From positions 32,001 through 96,000 of the forward strand of contig CAXXTH010000018.1 of NCBI GenBank assembly GCA_963668025.2: a stretch of 64,000 nucleotides of DNA, read 5' to 3'. This DNA is from Candidatus Hydrogenedentota bacterium. Its GTDB lineage: Bacteria; Hydrogenedentota; Hydrogenedentia; Hydrogenedentales; SLHB01. Of this stretch, positions 38,259-48,807 are shown piece after piece. Positions within the stretch are counted from its first letter, which is position 1. Every line of letters starts with the position of its first letter. The notes below the pieces were generated by a model, which was not told the origin of the DNA, made no database searches, and worked only from the letters and a program-made list of their open reading frames with translations. A program made the translations under genes and the position numbers.

Positions 38259-38307
38259 GTGGCTGTTAACCACTAGGTCACAGGTTCGAGTCCTGTCCGC
38301 GGAGCCA
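38259..38307 (+). repeat. attR core (displaced 3' part of tRNA-Asn)
   Basis: Identical to 23219-23267; lacks the tRNA 5' half. Confidence 0.95.
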
Positions 38308-38342
38308 TAAATTTTGCGGGGAACTTTTGGCCCCGATGAGGT

Positions 38343-38386
38343 AACGCAAAAGGCCCCGTCGCGAAAGCAACGGGGCTCTTTGCGTT
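38343..38386 (+). terminator. Long hairpin after attR (likely original tRNA-Asn terminator)
   Basis: AACGCAAAAGGCCCCGTCGC-GAAA-GCAACGGGGCTCTTTGCGTT. Confidence 0.6.
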
Positions 38387-38681
38387 TAGCGTTGCGTCCA
38401 AAAAATTTACATGATGGCGGAAAGCGGGGCGGAATTCTCTGGTTCGAAAGAGAACGACCGGGGGTCGAAGGCAACCCCCACGGTTGCGATCAGATCCCGA
38501 AGAGACACGCCAAAACTCTCCGATTCTCTGTTGAACAACCCTCTCTAGATTAACAACCCTTTCGAACTGCCTCAGCTTTCGCGGATGTGTTATACTGCAC
38601 TCCGACCATGTGTAGACTGTCAGGTGAATCGTTCAAAACTTTATTAAGCCGCTAGAACAGCCATTAAAGGCAAGCACCATT

Positions 38682-39416
38682 ATGAATGTACTCGACATTG
38701 ATCTCGATTTCTTCTTAGACGAGCGCGTCACAACACCTCTTCCTCCCGTTCGCCCGTCCGACAATGACTATATTCCTTGGACTACCGATGCCGTCGAGAC
38801 CTTTCTGACTGATTGTTGCAGACTTGACCCGAACAGGCCATTGCCGGGCGCCATCGTCACAGAGCATCATGAGTTGTTCGCGATTTGGAAAAAACTAATT
38901 TCCATGGATCAACTTGCTATCCCATTCAACTTGGTCCACGTCGATGCCCATGCAGATATGGGGATGGGTAACGGAAGTCCTAGTTACATTTCGGGTAACC
39001 TGCTGCATATGGAAGTAGCCCAACGCACAAATCCCAACGATTTACACTCTGGCAATTATGTCGCGTTCGCCATGTCATGCCGGTGGATACATTCATTCAC
39101 GTACGTCCATCATCCGAAAATGCGTCAGGAAAACTTAGGAAAACACGATATCCCTGATATCTTCGTCAAGGATGACAATCATCTCCAATTCAAGATACTG
39201 CCTCGCGAGTCGGTTGACGGCATTCACCGATATCAGGAATATGTACCGTTACGACTAGAGCCGGAAATACCGATTAACTTGATTCCGGGCGCAGACTTCG
39301 CGACGGATACCGGATTCTCATTTATGTTTGTAGCTCGCTCACCCAGATACACTCCACCGTCGGCAGATAAGTTAGTTGCTATATTGAAACAATTCATTAT
39401 TCCACTGCCCTGTTGA
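38682..39416 (+). CDS. UPF0489 family protein
   Basis: LDIDLDFF, EHHE, HVDAHAD, RSPRYTP motifs. Confidence 0.75.
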   Translation: MNVLDIDLDFFLDERVTTPLPPVRPSDNDYIPWTTDAVETFLTDCCRLDPNRPLPGAIVTEHHELFAIWKKLISMDQLAIPFNLVHVDAHADMGMGNGSPSYISGNLLHMEVAQRTNPNDLHSGNYVAFAMSCRWIHSFTYVHHPKMRQENLGKHDIPDIFVKDDNHLQFKILPRESVDGIHRYQEYVPLRLEPEIPINLIPGADFATDTGFSFMFVARSPRYTPPSADKLVAILKQFIIPLPC

Positions 39417-39811
39417 ACCTCTCTTCATCAACCTGCCACTCTCTAGATTAATAACCTTTTTGCACTCGACAAGCGAATGCAAGTCCGCCATCCGCATATG
39501 GGAGCCAGTGGCCTGCGCGACGCGCTGATGTTTCATCATCGGGCGACGATCAGCAGCTAAACAAGCCGAACACGTAAACGCCCTTATTCTTTACGCGGTA
39601 TCTTTCAATCGATTCCCACTTTTCAAGGGCAGCAAGGCTGCGCGTTACGCGCTTTTCGGATTCGAACAGATGAAGAGGTTGACGAGACGGGGCGTGGTAT
39701 TTGTCTTGCGCCATGCCCTCGCTCTATCCCATTGGATGCTAGACCTGTTCGTGTCTCAATACGGGCAATAGAACCAACTGCAAACCCTTGTCCAGGCGCC
39801 GGGCCCGCCAC

Positions 39812-40825
39812 TCAAACGGGCACCGATGCAACGGAGCCGCGTTCCATCAATTCCACACGGATCATCCGCTTAAGGAATCTTCCTTTGTTTTCCCCGTTAA
39901 TGACTTGCAGAAGCACTTCAGCGCATTGCCTTCCCAAGTTGAAGGGGAATATAGACACGGTGGTCAAGGACGGGCTTACGATGGAGGCCATCTGGATATC
40001 GTCGAACCCGGCAACACTGACATCATCTGGGACGCGAAGGCCCAGTTCGTGCGCCGCGCGGTAGACGCCGAAGGCCACCAGATCGTTGTAGCAGAGAAGC
40101 GCCGTGGGACGCGGCGTTCTGTTGCTAAGGACATCTAGAGCGGCCTCGTAACCGCCCTGCCAGGAGGCGGCCTCGACATGCATGGATTCCCGGTAGGGGA
40201 GGTTTTTGTTTACAAGGCCCTCCATGAATCCGAGCAGCCGTTCCTTTGCCGAGGTCCAGGTAGCAGGCCCCATTAAGTGGACAATTTCCCGGTGGCCGCG
40301 CTCGATAAGGTACTCCGTGGCCAAACGGCTTCCCCGCCTGTCTTCAAAATCGATAGTATGCGTCTCCAAACCAGGTACGGGGCCTATCGTCACCAAAGCC
40401 TTGCCCGAGTCCATGATCTGCCGCAAGTACGAGTGGTCTTCGTTCTCCTGCATGGCGGCCACGATGAAGCCAGACAACTCATAACGCTGTAATTCCGCGA
40501 AAATGGCTCCATCTTCTTCCGCGAGGGTGAGATCCGAGACTTGGTGCAGAAGGTGGTATCCTGCTGTACGCAAAACTTCGGTTGCGCCGACAATCGCTTC
40601 TGTATAAATGGGATTGTTAATGTCGGGAACCACCATCCCGACCATTTTCGAGAAATATCCCATAAGCGTACGAGTGACAGCGGGATGACGCAGATTGTGC
40701 TTTCGGATGGCTTCCAGCACCCTCTGGCGGCTACTCTCACGAACGGACGATTTGCCTCTTAGAACTGCTGATACCGTTACGCTAGACACGCCCGCCAATT
40801 CAGCAATCTCTTTTATGGTACCCAT
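39812..40825 (-). CDS. LacI family transcriptional regulator
   Basis: TIKEIAELAGVSSVTVSAVL HTH; YNDLVAFG, VPDDVSVAGFDD, PSLTTV. Confidence 0.93.
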   Translation of the reverse strand: MGTIKEIAELAGVSSVTVSAVLRGKSSVRESSRQRVLEAIRKHNLRHPAVTRTLMGYFSKMVGMVVPDINNPIYTEAIVGATEVLRTAGYHLLHQVSDLTLAEEDGAIFAELQRYELSGFIVAAMQENEDHSYLRQIMDSGKALVTIGPVPGLETHTIDFEDRRGSRLATEYLIERGHREIVHLMGPATWTSAKERLLGFMEGLVNKNLPYRESMHVEAASWQGGYEAALDVLSNRTPRPTALLCYNDLVAFGVYRAAHELGLRVPDDVSVAGFDDIQMASIVSPSLTTVSIFPFNLGRQCAEVLLQVINGENKGRFLKRMIRVELMERGSVASVPV

Positions 40826-41110
40826 AGACCTTTCCATACGGTGTTAATTGTATAGTAAAACACTTCCATGATAGGTAGAAACTTCATAAAAGTCAAGTTA
40901 TCCAGACTATATTGCAAGCTTACTATTTTATATTTCAAACAGTTTTCGCGATAAGATTTTTATAAAAAATAAATACGATAAGTTCTATTATCAATAAATT
41001 CTATTACTAATTCATGTACGCCTGTATATAAAACAACACATATCTTATATAAAGGATTCCTTTGCGATTTTAAAAGTTTATATTTTATAAAGTTTACAAC
41101 AAAAAACTAC

Positions 41111-41139
41111 TTGACAAAATATAAACTTTCTGCTAGATT
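41111..41139 (+). promoter_or_regulatory. Sigma70-like promoter of the carbohydrate/GRE operon
   Basis: TTGACA-N17-TAGATT with extended TG, in an AT-rich region with repeated AAAGTTTA/TAAACTTT motifs. Confidence 0.6.
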
Positions 41140-41391
41140 AACGACAGGTTCACTAATGAAAGCCGCCGAACAAGCAAATATATCTACATATAACCAGTTT
41201 TGTTCTGGCATGACCAAGAATTGGCCATCCGTGAAGATGCGGGGGTAGTTTTTCAAAGGGTTTGCGCATGTACCAGTGAGTGCAGAGTCCAGAAATGTGG
41301 CCATACGGTTTTGTTTGGCGGAGTGGATGGCGGTCTGGATGAGTTCCAAGGCAATAATAGGCAGAGAGTCGAAAGGAGGAGGACACATATC

Positions 41392-42414
41392 ATGAAACGG
41401 AGATGCGGATTTACGTTGATAGAGCTTTTGGTGGTTATCGCAATCATCGCTATTTTGGCGGCAATTTTGTTGCCAGCGCTGGCGCGGGCGCGGGAAGCGG
41501 CAAGGCGTGCGTCTTGTGCGAACAATCTGAAGCAATGGGGCGTGATCTTCAAAATGTATGCGAACGAGTCCAAAGGCGCGAAATTTCCCCCCACGAATTC
41601 TTTCGCAGGCGCGCCTAGTGGTGTGAATGCGGAAGAGCTATATCCCGATTATTGGACAGACCTGGAAATCAAGTATTGCCCCTCCGCAAGTTCACAGCGA
41701 ATGAAAGACGAGCTTGAAGAAATGCGAACCGATGAGAACTGCAAGGTGGCATTCATCAACTGGGCAGGATTTCAGTCAAACTATTATTACATGTCATGGG
41801 CAATCCCGAGCATTGAAGAATGGGTGGTGGCGACATCCGCGCCGTTTGAGGTGCTCTATCAAGGTGGGTTTAAGCAGAACATGCAGGAAATCTCTGGCAT
41901 CTACGATGATTGCACGGTTTCGCGGATTAAATTGAATAATGGCATGGACGGTTGGGAGCAAGATTGGGATTGGGATCTCAGCATCAGCAATATCCAGGCG
42001 CATGGCGGGCCCACCGGGCCACTGACGCAGTATCATATTAACTACTTCAAGCGAATCGGCTCGCCCGTGGGCGATACGCGGTATCGGCTGCGTGAGGGCG
42101 TCGAGCGTTTTTTCATCACGGATATCAATAATCCAGCCGGGGGAAGCCTGGGGCAAAGCACGTTGCCGGTGATGTGGGACAATTGGAGCGGCTCCCATAA
42201 CGTGGACAATGGTACAGCCTATCCTCCTACGGCATTCAATCATCTTCCCGGCGGAGGCAATGTTTTGTATATGGATGGCCACGTCGAATTCATTCGCCTG
42301 GGAAGCAAGTACCCCTTCCCCAAACCGAACCAGGAACAGTGGATCAAGTCCATGTGGTACGTCATGCCCGAGTGGATGGGCTTCTGCCTGCATGCTGATC
42401 CATCCAATTACTGA
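41392..42414 (+). CDS. Prepilin-type N-terminal cleavage/methylation protein, DUF1559 with H-X9-DG C-terminal motif
   Basis: G|[36 protein letters not shown]; [16 protein letters not shown]; GGAGG RBS. Confidence 0.92.
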   Translation: MKRRCGFTLIELLVVIAIIAILAAILLPALARAREAARRASCANNLKQWGVIFKMYANESKGAKFPPTNSFAGAPSGVNAEELYPDYWTDLEIKYCPSASSQRMKDELEEMRTDENCKVAFINWAGFQSNYYYMSWAIPSIEEWVVATSAPFEVLYQGGFKQNMQEISGIYDDCTVSRIKLNNGMDGWEQDWDWDLSISNIQAHGGPTGPLTQYHINYFKRIGSPVGDTRYRLREGVERFFITDINNPAGGSLGQSTLPVMWDNWSGSHNVDNGTAYPPTAFNHLPGGGNVLYMDGHVEFIRLGSKYPFPKPNQEQWIKSMWYVMPEWMGFCLHADPSNY

Positions 42415-42470
42415 TTGAACGACTGCACACGGACAGCTCCAATGGAACACGTTTTGAGAAAGATGATGCC

Positions 42471-43226
42471 ATGTTGAATGGTGTGGTTTTCGATATCAAC
42501 GAGTTTGCGGTCCACGACGGGCCAGGACTTCGCACAACCGTATTCATGAAGGGGTGTCCATTGCGATGCGCCTGGTGCCATAACCCCGAAAGCGTGTGCG
42601 CTTCACCGGAAACAATGAAAACGGAGATGGGCAGCCGCACTGTCGGCCAAATGTATACGGTGGCGGAGCTGGCGGAACGGCTAAACAAGCAGGCTGAGAT
42701 CCTGCGCGCCAATGGCGGCGGGATAACGTTCTCCGGAGGCGAACCGCTGATGCATGCCGGTTTTCTTTTAGGGGTGATGGAGAGTCTAGACCATCTCCAC
42801 GTTCTTCTAGATACCTCTGGGTATGCAGAGGAATCGGTTTTCCTCAGTGTGGCCAAGCGTTGTGACATGGTCTATTTTGACCTGAAACTGATGGAGCCGG
42901 CTGCCCATCGCCGCTGGACAGGCCAGCGTAACGAGCTCATTCAGAAAAACCTCGAGCGCCTGGATGAAACGGGTGTTCCCTTCTACATCCGGGTTCCACT
43001 AGTGCCTAGGATAACGGATACGCCGGAGAATCTAGCCGCAATCGCGGAGTGTGTTCGATCTTTACGTAATGTTGGCGGCGTCCATCTGCTTCCATATAAC
43101 ACGGCCGCAGGCGGCAAGTACCGGGCTTGTGGGAGAGAATTCACGCTTTTCGAACAGGAATCGTTGCCGATCAACTTCGACCTCAAATATTTTGAAGAAG
43201 TCGGAGTTCCGGTGCAGGTGATGTAA
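42471..43226 (+). CDS. Glycyl-radical enzyme activating enzyme (radical SAM)
   Basis: HDGPGLRTTVFMKGCPLRCAWCHNPE, GGITFSGGEP, DTSG. Confidence 0.92.
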   Translation: MLNGVVFDINEFAVHDGPGLRTTVFMKGCPLRCAWCHNPESVCASPETMKTEMGSRTVGQMYTVAELAERLNKQAEILRANGGGITFSGGEPLMHAGFLLGVMESLDHLHVLLDTSGYAEESVFLSVAKRCDMVYFDLKLMEPAAHRRWTGQRNELIQKNLERLDETGVPFYIRVPLVPRITDTPENLAAIAECVRSLRNVGGVHLLPYNTAAGGKYRACGREFTLFEQESLPINFDLKYFEEVGVPVQVM

Positions 43227-43247
43227 GAATTCCGGGGTGCATACATA

Positions 43248-45341
43248 ATGGAACAGAGACTGTCAGATTTTAGGGATTACATTCGCAAGGGCGGGCATAA
43301 AGCATACCGCCAACACCTCACAATAAATATAAATGATGAGTGCGCATGCGAGAACCTTTCTTGGGTGAGGCGTTCCTCCCGCTTGACCCGCCGGTATTGT
43401 GAGGCGGAAAGGCCTGTGTTTATACCTGGCGAGCGAATCGTGTTCACGCGAACCGTTCCGGGCGATGCGGGAGTGCCTGTGCCACAGGATATTGAGTCGG
43501 ACTGCAAAGCGTTGGGTATTGAGCCAGGCTGGCGGGCGCACAATTTATGCGCGGACTGGGGACAAAGCCTTGCTTCCGGCTTGCTTGGACGCCGCCATGT
43601 GGCAGAGCATGCTTGCGAACTCTACAAGCATGATCCTGTAGCAGTGGACTTTCTTGAAGCGGCAATCGAGGGGATCGATGCGGTCTTGATGCTGGCGGCA
43701 CGATATGCCGAAGCGGCGCTACACGAGGGTTTTGATGATATCGCTGCACGGCTGCAAAGGGTTCCCGCAGGGAAGCCGGATTCTTTTCATGATGCGCTGC
43801 AGAGTTTGCGACTCATGCATGCCGCCGTTTGGATGAGCGATAGCATGCATGTAGGGCTAGGCCGTTTTGATCAATACATGTGGCCGTATCTCAAGGACGA
43901 TTTGGACCGAGGCGCGCTCAACATGGAGGAAGCCGAGTCGCTGCTGGCGGAATTTTTCATCGGCCTCAATAAGGATTCCGATCTTTATCCTGGCCAGCAA
44001 CAGGGCGATAACGGACAGTCGTTGATTTTGGGCGGCGTCACGCCTGAGGGAGCTCCGGCAGTGAATGAGCTGACATGGATGGTTTTGCGAGCCGCGCAAG
44101 ACGTCCGGATGATCGACCCGAAGATCAACCTTCGGATTTCGGCGGACACGGATCTGGGATTGTTGAAGGAAGGCTCACGATTGACCCGGCTTAGCCTTGG
44201 TTTTCCCCAATACGCCAATGACGATGTGGTTATCCCGGCCCTGGCGTCTCATGGTTATGCGCTGGAGGATGCGAGAGATTACACCGTGGCCGCTTGCTGG
44301 GAGTTCATCGTTCCGGGACGCGGCATGGATGTCCCGAATGTCCACGCCTTGAATTTTCCCCATGCGGTAGACAAGGCCATTCGCGATAGCCTTGCATGCG
44401 GAGATTCTTTCCAGGAAATTCTTTCCAGGACGCGCGAGAATATTCGCGGCCAGGTTCAACTTTATGTAAACCATTGGCGCGCCAAGAAACACTGGCCGCC
44501 GTCGGCATACTACTCCGCCTTAATGACCGATTGCCTGGAGCGTGGGAAGGATATCAGCGCAGGCGGGGCAACCTACTACAATTTCGGCATTCACGGCGCC
44601 GGTTCCGCGAACGCGGCTGACGCGCTGGCGGCCGTGAAACGGTTCGTCTTTGACCAAGGCCGTTTCACAGGATGCGAACTCCTGGAAGCCCTCGAAACGA
44701 ATTTCGAGCATGCCGAGGAACTGCGCAGGACATTGCTCCATGAAGGGCCGAAGGTGGGCAACAACGACGCGGAAGCCAATGAACTCCTGCGCTTCCTATT
44801 CGACAGTTTCGCGGATGTCTGCGAGGCGGTACCGGATAATGGCCGCGGCGGGATCATCCGTCCTGGCACAGGTTCCGCCATGTACTATGTATGGTTGGTG
44901 GACGGAAGCGGAAACCGGCTCGAACCTACGGTGCTGGCTTCCGCCGATGGCCGTCGCATCGGCGAGCCTATCAGTTGCAGTTTAGCGCCGTCGATTGGCG
45001 TCAAAGTGAATGGTCCTATAAGCGTTCTACAGAGCTTCAGCGTCATTGATTATCAACGCATCTACAATGGCGGGCCGATCACGCTTGAACTCTCCGACAC
45101 CGTGTTCCGCAACGAAGACTCTCTCGAGAAAGTCGCTATGCTGGTGCGCACGTTCGCACGCCTGGGCTGCCAGCAGCTTCAATTGAACACCGTCAATGTC
45201 GAGACGCTCAAAGATGCAAAGCTGCATCCGGAGAATCACCAGAACCTGGTGGTTCGCGTATGGGGCTGGAGCGGCTATTTCTGCGAACTGGATGAACCGT
45301 ATCAAGACCACGTGATTGCGCGGCATGCGTACGCACTCTAG
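43248..45341 (+). CDS. Glycyl radical enzyme (PFL-like superfamily), function unknown
   Basis: GRFDQYMWPY, AACWE Cys loop, C-terminal LVVRVWGWSGYF glycyl loop. Confidence 0.88.
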   Translation: MEQRLSDFRDYIRKGGHKAYRQHLTININDECACENLSWVRRSSRLTRRYCEAERPVFIPGERIVFTRTVPGDAGVPVPQDIESDCKALGIEPGWRAHNLCADWGQSLASGLLGRRHVAEHACELYKHDPVAVDFLEAAIEGIDAVLMLAARYAEAALHEGFDDIAARLQRVPAGKPDSFHDALQSLRLMHAAVWMSDSMHVGLGRFDQYMWPYLKDDLDRGALNMEEAESLLAEFFIGLNKDSDLYPGQQQGDNGQSLILGGVTPEGAPAVNELTWMVLRAAQDVRMIDPKINLRISADTDLGLLKEGSRLTRLSLGFPQYANDDVVIPALASHGYALEDARDYTVAACWEFIVPGRGMDVPNVHALNFPHAVDKAIRDSLACGDSFQEILSRTRENIRGQVQLYVNHWRAKKHWPPSAYYSALMTDCLERGKDISAGGATYYNFGIHGAGSANAADALAAVKRFVFDQGRFTGCELLEALETNFEHAEELRRTLLHEGPKVGNNDAEANELLRFLFDSFADVCEAVPDNGRGGIIRPGTGSAMYYVWLVDGSGNRLEPTVLASADGRRIGEPISCSLAPSIGVKVNGPISVLQSFSVIDYQRIYNGGPITLELSDTVFRNEDSLEKVAMLVRTFARLGCQQLQLNTVNVETLKDAKLHPENHQNLVVRVWGWSGYFCELDEPYQDHVIARHAYAL

Positions 45342-45353
45342 GAAGGCCTGCTG

Positions 45354-46943
45354 ATGAAGACAGTGGTATTCACGTTAGGAGCGTTATTGGCCACGATGAT
45401 GACTGGATCAAACACGGATTCAGCGGATGAGGCCAGCGTCAAGAGCCCTGAGGCGGCGATTGTGGTTCGCTCCAATGTGGTTAATGCCGTGCGCAGCGAT
45501 ATCTTTGGCGGAAATATTACCTGGATCGATTACGGCTACAACATATGGGATGCGAAAACCAACCGGCCTGATCCAGCGATTCTGCAAAAATTGAAGGACA
45601 CGGGCATCACGAATCTGCGTTATCCCGGTGGGTGCGAGGGAGATTACTTCCACTGGGCGCAAGCAATTGGCGATTCCCGAACGCCACAGCCCCACCCGTT
45701 CTCGCACGAATGGCCTACCCGCGATACCGAACGCGGCGTACCATATTATCCATATTTCGGGCCTGATGAGTTTAGTGAGTTGTGTAAAGCGGCCGATATT
45801 ACCGCGACCATCCAGTTAAACGCTGGAACAGGCGCGCCCCAGGAAGCGGCTGATTATGTTCGCTACTGCATCGATCATGGGTTTCAGGCCGCTTTCTTTG
45901 ACGTGGGAAATGAACCCCATCTCGCGGGCAATGGATGGGAGCTGGTTCCTAATATACCGATAGTCAAGACTCCGGAAGAATACGTGGCTTTCTTCAACGG
46001 CTGCTGGAGCGCCGTTCAGTCTTTCGCTCCTCAGGCGAAGCTGGGCGCGGTAGGGCTTCCCACCAGCCACCCATTGTTGCGACATTCCACGTGGCAGCAA
46101 GTGGTGATCTCACAATTGGCGGACAAAATGGCGTACTTGGACGTGCATTGCGGATATGCGCCTTATTTCAAAGGCGAAGCCAATGATCGGGACGCTGCCT
46201 TAGCATTTCTGGCAGCCTCTAAACAAATCCGAGCTTATATAGAGGAAGTGAAACAAGAGCTTGCCCGATATGCGCCAAGCGCAGGGCCAAAGGTCAATAT
46301 CCACATTACTGAATATGGTCCTCTTGGATGGCCGATAGACCGGACAATTGTGGGCGGATTATGTTTGGCGGGAATACTACAAGAACTGCTGTGCGAACCC
46401 AGAATCACGGCGGCAAACCACTTGCCCACTTTGAACACGCCGAAATCCCCCACATTGATTGGTGTTTGCGATGAAAATTTTGCGCCAATACCTGGACGCC
46501 GTATCTGGGACAACGTAGCAACCTATGTTTTCCGGCTGTACGCGGAGATGATTGGAAGAGATGTGTTGGATGTCCATGTAGAGTCCGCCACTTTTGACAG
46601 TCCTGCCGTCGGGCTTACACCCGCACAAACGGGAGCGCCGCTGGTTGCCGCCGCCGCCTATCACGACGCGCCCAAGGGGTATCTTTCGGTCTTTCTGATT
46701 AATCGAAACCTGGACGCTCCGCTCAGTATCTCGGTGGATACGGGTTTCGTACGCGCCAAGGCGGTGCGTGAGACGATTATCAAAGCAGATGATTATTTGG
46801 CGTTCAACGACTGGGGCCATCCCCGCATGGTGATCCCTGAGACGAATGGCGCAGCCGATATCGAGGTCAAATCCGGCGTTTTCCATATGACGCTCGCGAA
46901 ACACAGTCTGACACGGATTGACTTTACCTCGGCGCATGGCTGA
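45354..46943 (+). CDS. Secreted GH51-like (alpha-L-arabinofuranosidase-like) glycoside hydrolase
   Basis: LRYPGG, GPDEF, VGNE, ITEY, FLINR. Confidence 0.75.
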   Translation: MKTVVFTLGALLATMMTGSNTDSADEASVKSPEAAIVVRSNVVNAVRSDIFGGNITWIDYGYNIWDAKTNRPDPAILQKLKDTGITNLRYPGGCEGDYFHWAQAIGDSRTPQPHPFSHEWPTRDTERGVPYYPYFGPDEFSELCKAADITATIQLNAGTGAPQEAADYVRYCIDHGFQAAFFDVGNEPHLAGNGWELVPNIPIVKTPEEYVAFFNGCWSAVQSFAPQAKLGAVGLPTSHPLLRHSTWQQVVISQLADKMAYLDVHCGYAPYFKGEANDRDAALAFLAASKQIRAYIEEVKQELARYAPSAGPKVNIHITEYGPLGWPIDRTIVGGLCLAGILQELLCEPRITAANHLPTLNTPKSPTLIGVCDENFAPIPGRRIWDNVATYVFRLYAEMIGRDVLDVHVESATFDSPAVGLTPAQTGAPLVAAAAYHDAPKGYLSVFLINRNLDAPLSISVDTGFVRAKAVRETIIKADDYLAFNDWGHPRMVIPETNGAADIEVKSGVFHMTLAKHSLTRIDFTSAHG

Positions 46944-47167
46944 GCGTCCATGCATATACCCGCGGCTAGCCGAGCGCCGTGGGGATCTGGACTTGTCTAG
47001 GCGGCGATGCCGCAGGCCTTTTCAAGGTATAGAAGCGACGGTCTCTTGAAGCGAGAGAGACCACGGGGTAACAAGCGGCTAGACGCATATAGGCCGTTTT
47101 TCGCCAATGGCAATGGCGGGATGGCGTTATGTGGGGCCGCACAGGTTGGGAAAAAGGAGGTAATGTG

Positions 47168-48658
47168 ATGAAGAGAAGCATGGTTATCACCACACTGGCG
47201 CTGTTTATGTTCGCTGTTGGCGGCGCGAATGCGGCCGTCCTTACCGTATCCATCACGGCTGACGGTGGAGGTGGCTATTACGGTGACGGGGCTGTCCAGG
47301 CGGCGATGGAGGCGGCCGCCAATGGCGATACGGTTCGTTTGATCGAGTCGGGCATATATCAAAACGCGAAGATCGCCGTGGGAGGCGGAAACGCCCATGA
47401 CTATCAACTCACGGTCGAAGCCGCGGATGGAATCAATGCGACCATCCGAAACACGGCCGATGTCGCCCTTTTGCTGATTGGGGACTGCCCCGGCATCACC
47501 CTTCGCAACCTTACGTTCGAGACGGATCACGACTGCCTTGCCTACATGAACGGAAACGCAGGTTCCATTAATGGGATCACGATAGAAGGATGCACGTTTA
47601 CGCAGGCAAACGTGGGCAGCATGACATTACTCTACACGGTGGCCACAGGCCCATTGAACTTGATCGATAGTATGTTTGTGGGCGATTACACGAATACATC
47701 CAATCTCATTTTCCTGCTGGCCAATACAAACGGTACGACCGTCGAAGGCTCAACATTCATTGGCGCGCAGTTCTATACCGACGACGAAAACTCCGGCAAT
47801 GGGATTTTCATGGCTGGGACGACGCTCACGGTTAAAGATTCCACTTTTATGGATTGCCGGCACGGGATTACTTCACTGGGTTTTGGGACGCTTGGCGTCG
47901 AGGGTAGTTTGTTTGCCGACAACACCGTATCCGACATCTTCGTGAAGGAAGCGCCTTACGTGAATCTCACGGCCAGCGTCCTTAGCGGCAGTCCGGTTGG
48001 CTTCTTTGTGGCCGACGCCGCAGCGGCGGGCGAGGCTACGATTGATCACTGTGATATCCGCGGGGCAGGTTCCGGCGACGGGATACGCATCCTTGACGGG
48101 GCGAGTGTTACGCTGAGCGCCACTAACACCATTTTCTCGAATTGGGCGAATGCAGTATCGGGCGCGGATGGATTCGGCGATTACAATTTGTATGACGACA
48201 ACACAGCCAATCCTTCTACTATGGGCGCCCATAGCCGCGTTGACGATCCGTTATACATCCAGCCGGATAACGCTAATCCATTGCTGCGTGATTTCCATGT
48301 CGCAACCGGCTCGCCCGCCCTTGATAATGGGAGCGATGGATCAGACATCGGGTCGAAAGGGGAAGGTTCCGCAACGGACGTCGATAGCGATAGCGATGGT
48401 TTGCTGGATAGCGTGGAAACCAACACCGGCGTCTATGTGAACGAATCCGACACGGGCACGGATCCCAATAATCCCGATACGGATGACGACAGCTACAACG
48501 ATGGCGCGGAAGTCACCGCAGGTACGGACCCGAACGATCCGCTGTCATATCCCGGCGCTACGGGCAGCTTGCCGGCGCTCTCGGGCTTAGGCTTGATGCT
48601 GCTGGGCTCCATATGCCTCGCTGGTAGTTTACTCGCGTTACGCCATTGCCGGGCCTGA
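47168..48658 (+). CDS. Secreted parallel beta-helix protein with Ca-binding DxDxDG repeats and C-terminal membrane anchor
   Basis: Signal peptide, beta-helix-like repeats, GSPALDNG, DSDSDGLLD/DTDDDSYND, LPALSGLGL..R tail; AAGGAGG RBS. Confidence 0.75.
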   Translation: MKRSMVITTLALFMFAVGGANAAVLTVSITADGGGGYYGDGAVQAAMEAAANGDTVRLIESGIYQNAKIAVGGGNAHDYQLTVEAADGINATIRNTADVALLLIGDCPGITLRNLTFETDHDCLAYMNGNAGSINGITIEGCTFTQANVGSMTLLYTVATGPLNLIDSMFVGDYTNTSNLIFLLANTNGTTVEGSTFIGAQFYTDDENSGNGIFMAGTTLTVKDSTFMDCRHGITSLGFGTLGVEGSLFADNTVSDIFVKEAPYVNLTASVLSGSPVGFFVADAAAAGEATIDHCDIRGAGSGDGIRILDGASVTLSATNTIFSNWANAVSGADGFGDYNLYDDNTANPSTMGAHSRVDDPLYIQPDNANPLLRDFHVATGSPALDNGSDGSDIGSKGEGSATDVDSDSDGLLDSVETNTGVYVNESDTGTDPNNPDTDDDSYNDGAEVTAGTDPNDPLSYPGATGSLPALSGLGLMLLGSICLAGSLLALRHCRA

Positions 48659-48807
48659 TTAGTAGCATTGACGATCCACATTCATGTAGCGATATGAAAA
48701 CAGAACATGCGAATGGCGTTGGCGCCGTCCTTACCGGACAACGCCATTCGCATGACAAATTCCGAAATTTTCAACAACAATTCCAAATGAATATAGAAAG
48801 GCCCACG

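Larger units (their letters stand above)
23268..38307. mobile_element. ~15.0-kb tRNA-Asn-integrated element (phage-satellite/integrative-element-like) with defence cargo
   Basis: 49-bp att duplication; tyrosine integrase, HTH excisionase, Prim-Pol/DUF3987, RM cargo; no capsid or conjugation genes recognised. Confidence 0.9.

Noticed and set aside
38259-38307. Second tRNA-Asn gene
   Set aside because: Only the anticodon-to-CCA part is present, with no 5' acceptor strand or D-arm; it is attR.
41200-41391. N-terminal extension of the prepilin ORF (similar extensions at 20142, 48646, 32313, 27835, 18577)
   Set aside because: Downstream starts fit better, by RBS, coupling to the upstream stop or family-typical N-terminus.
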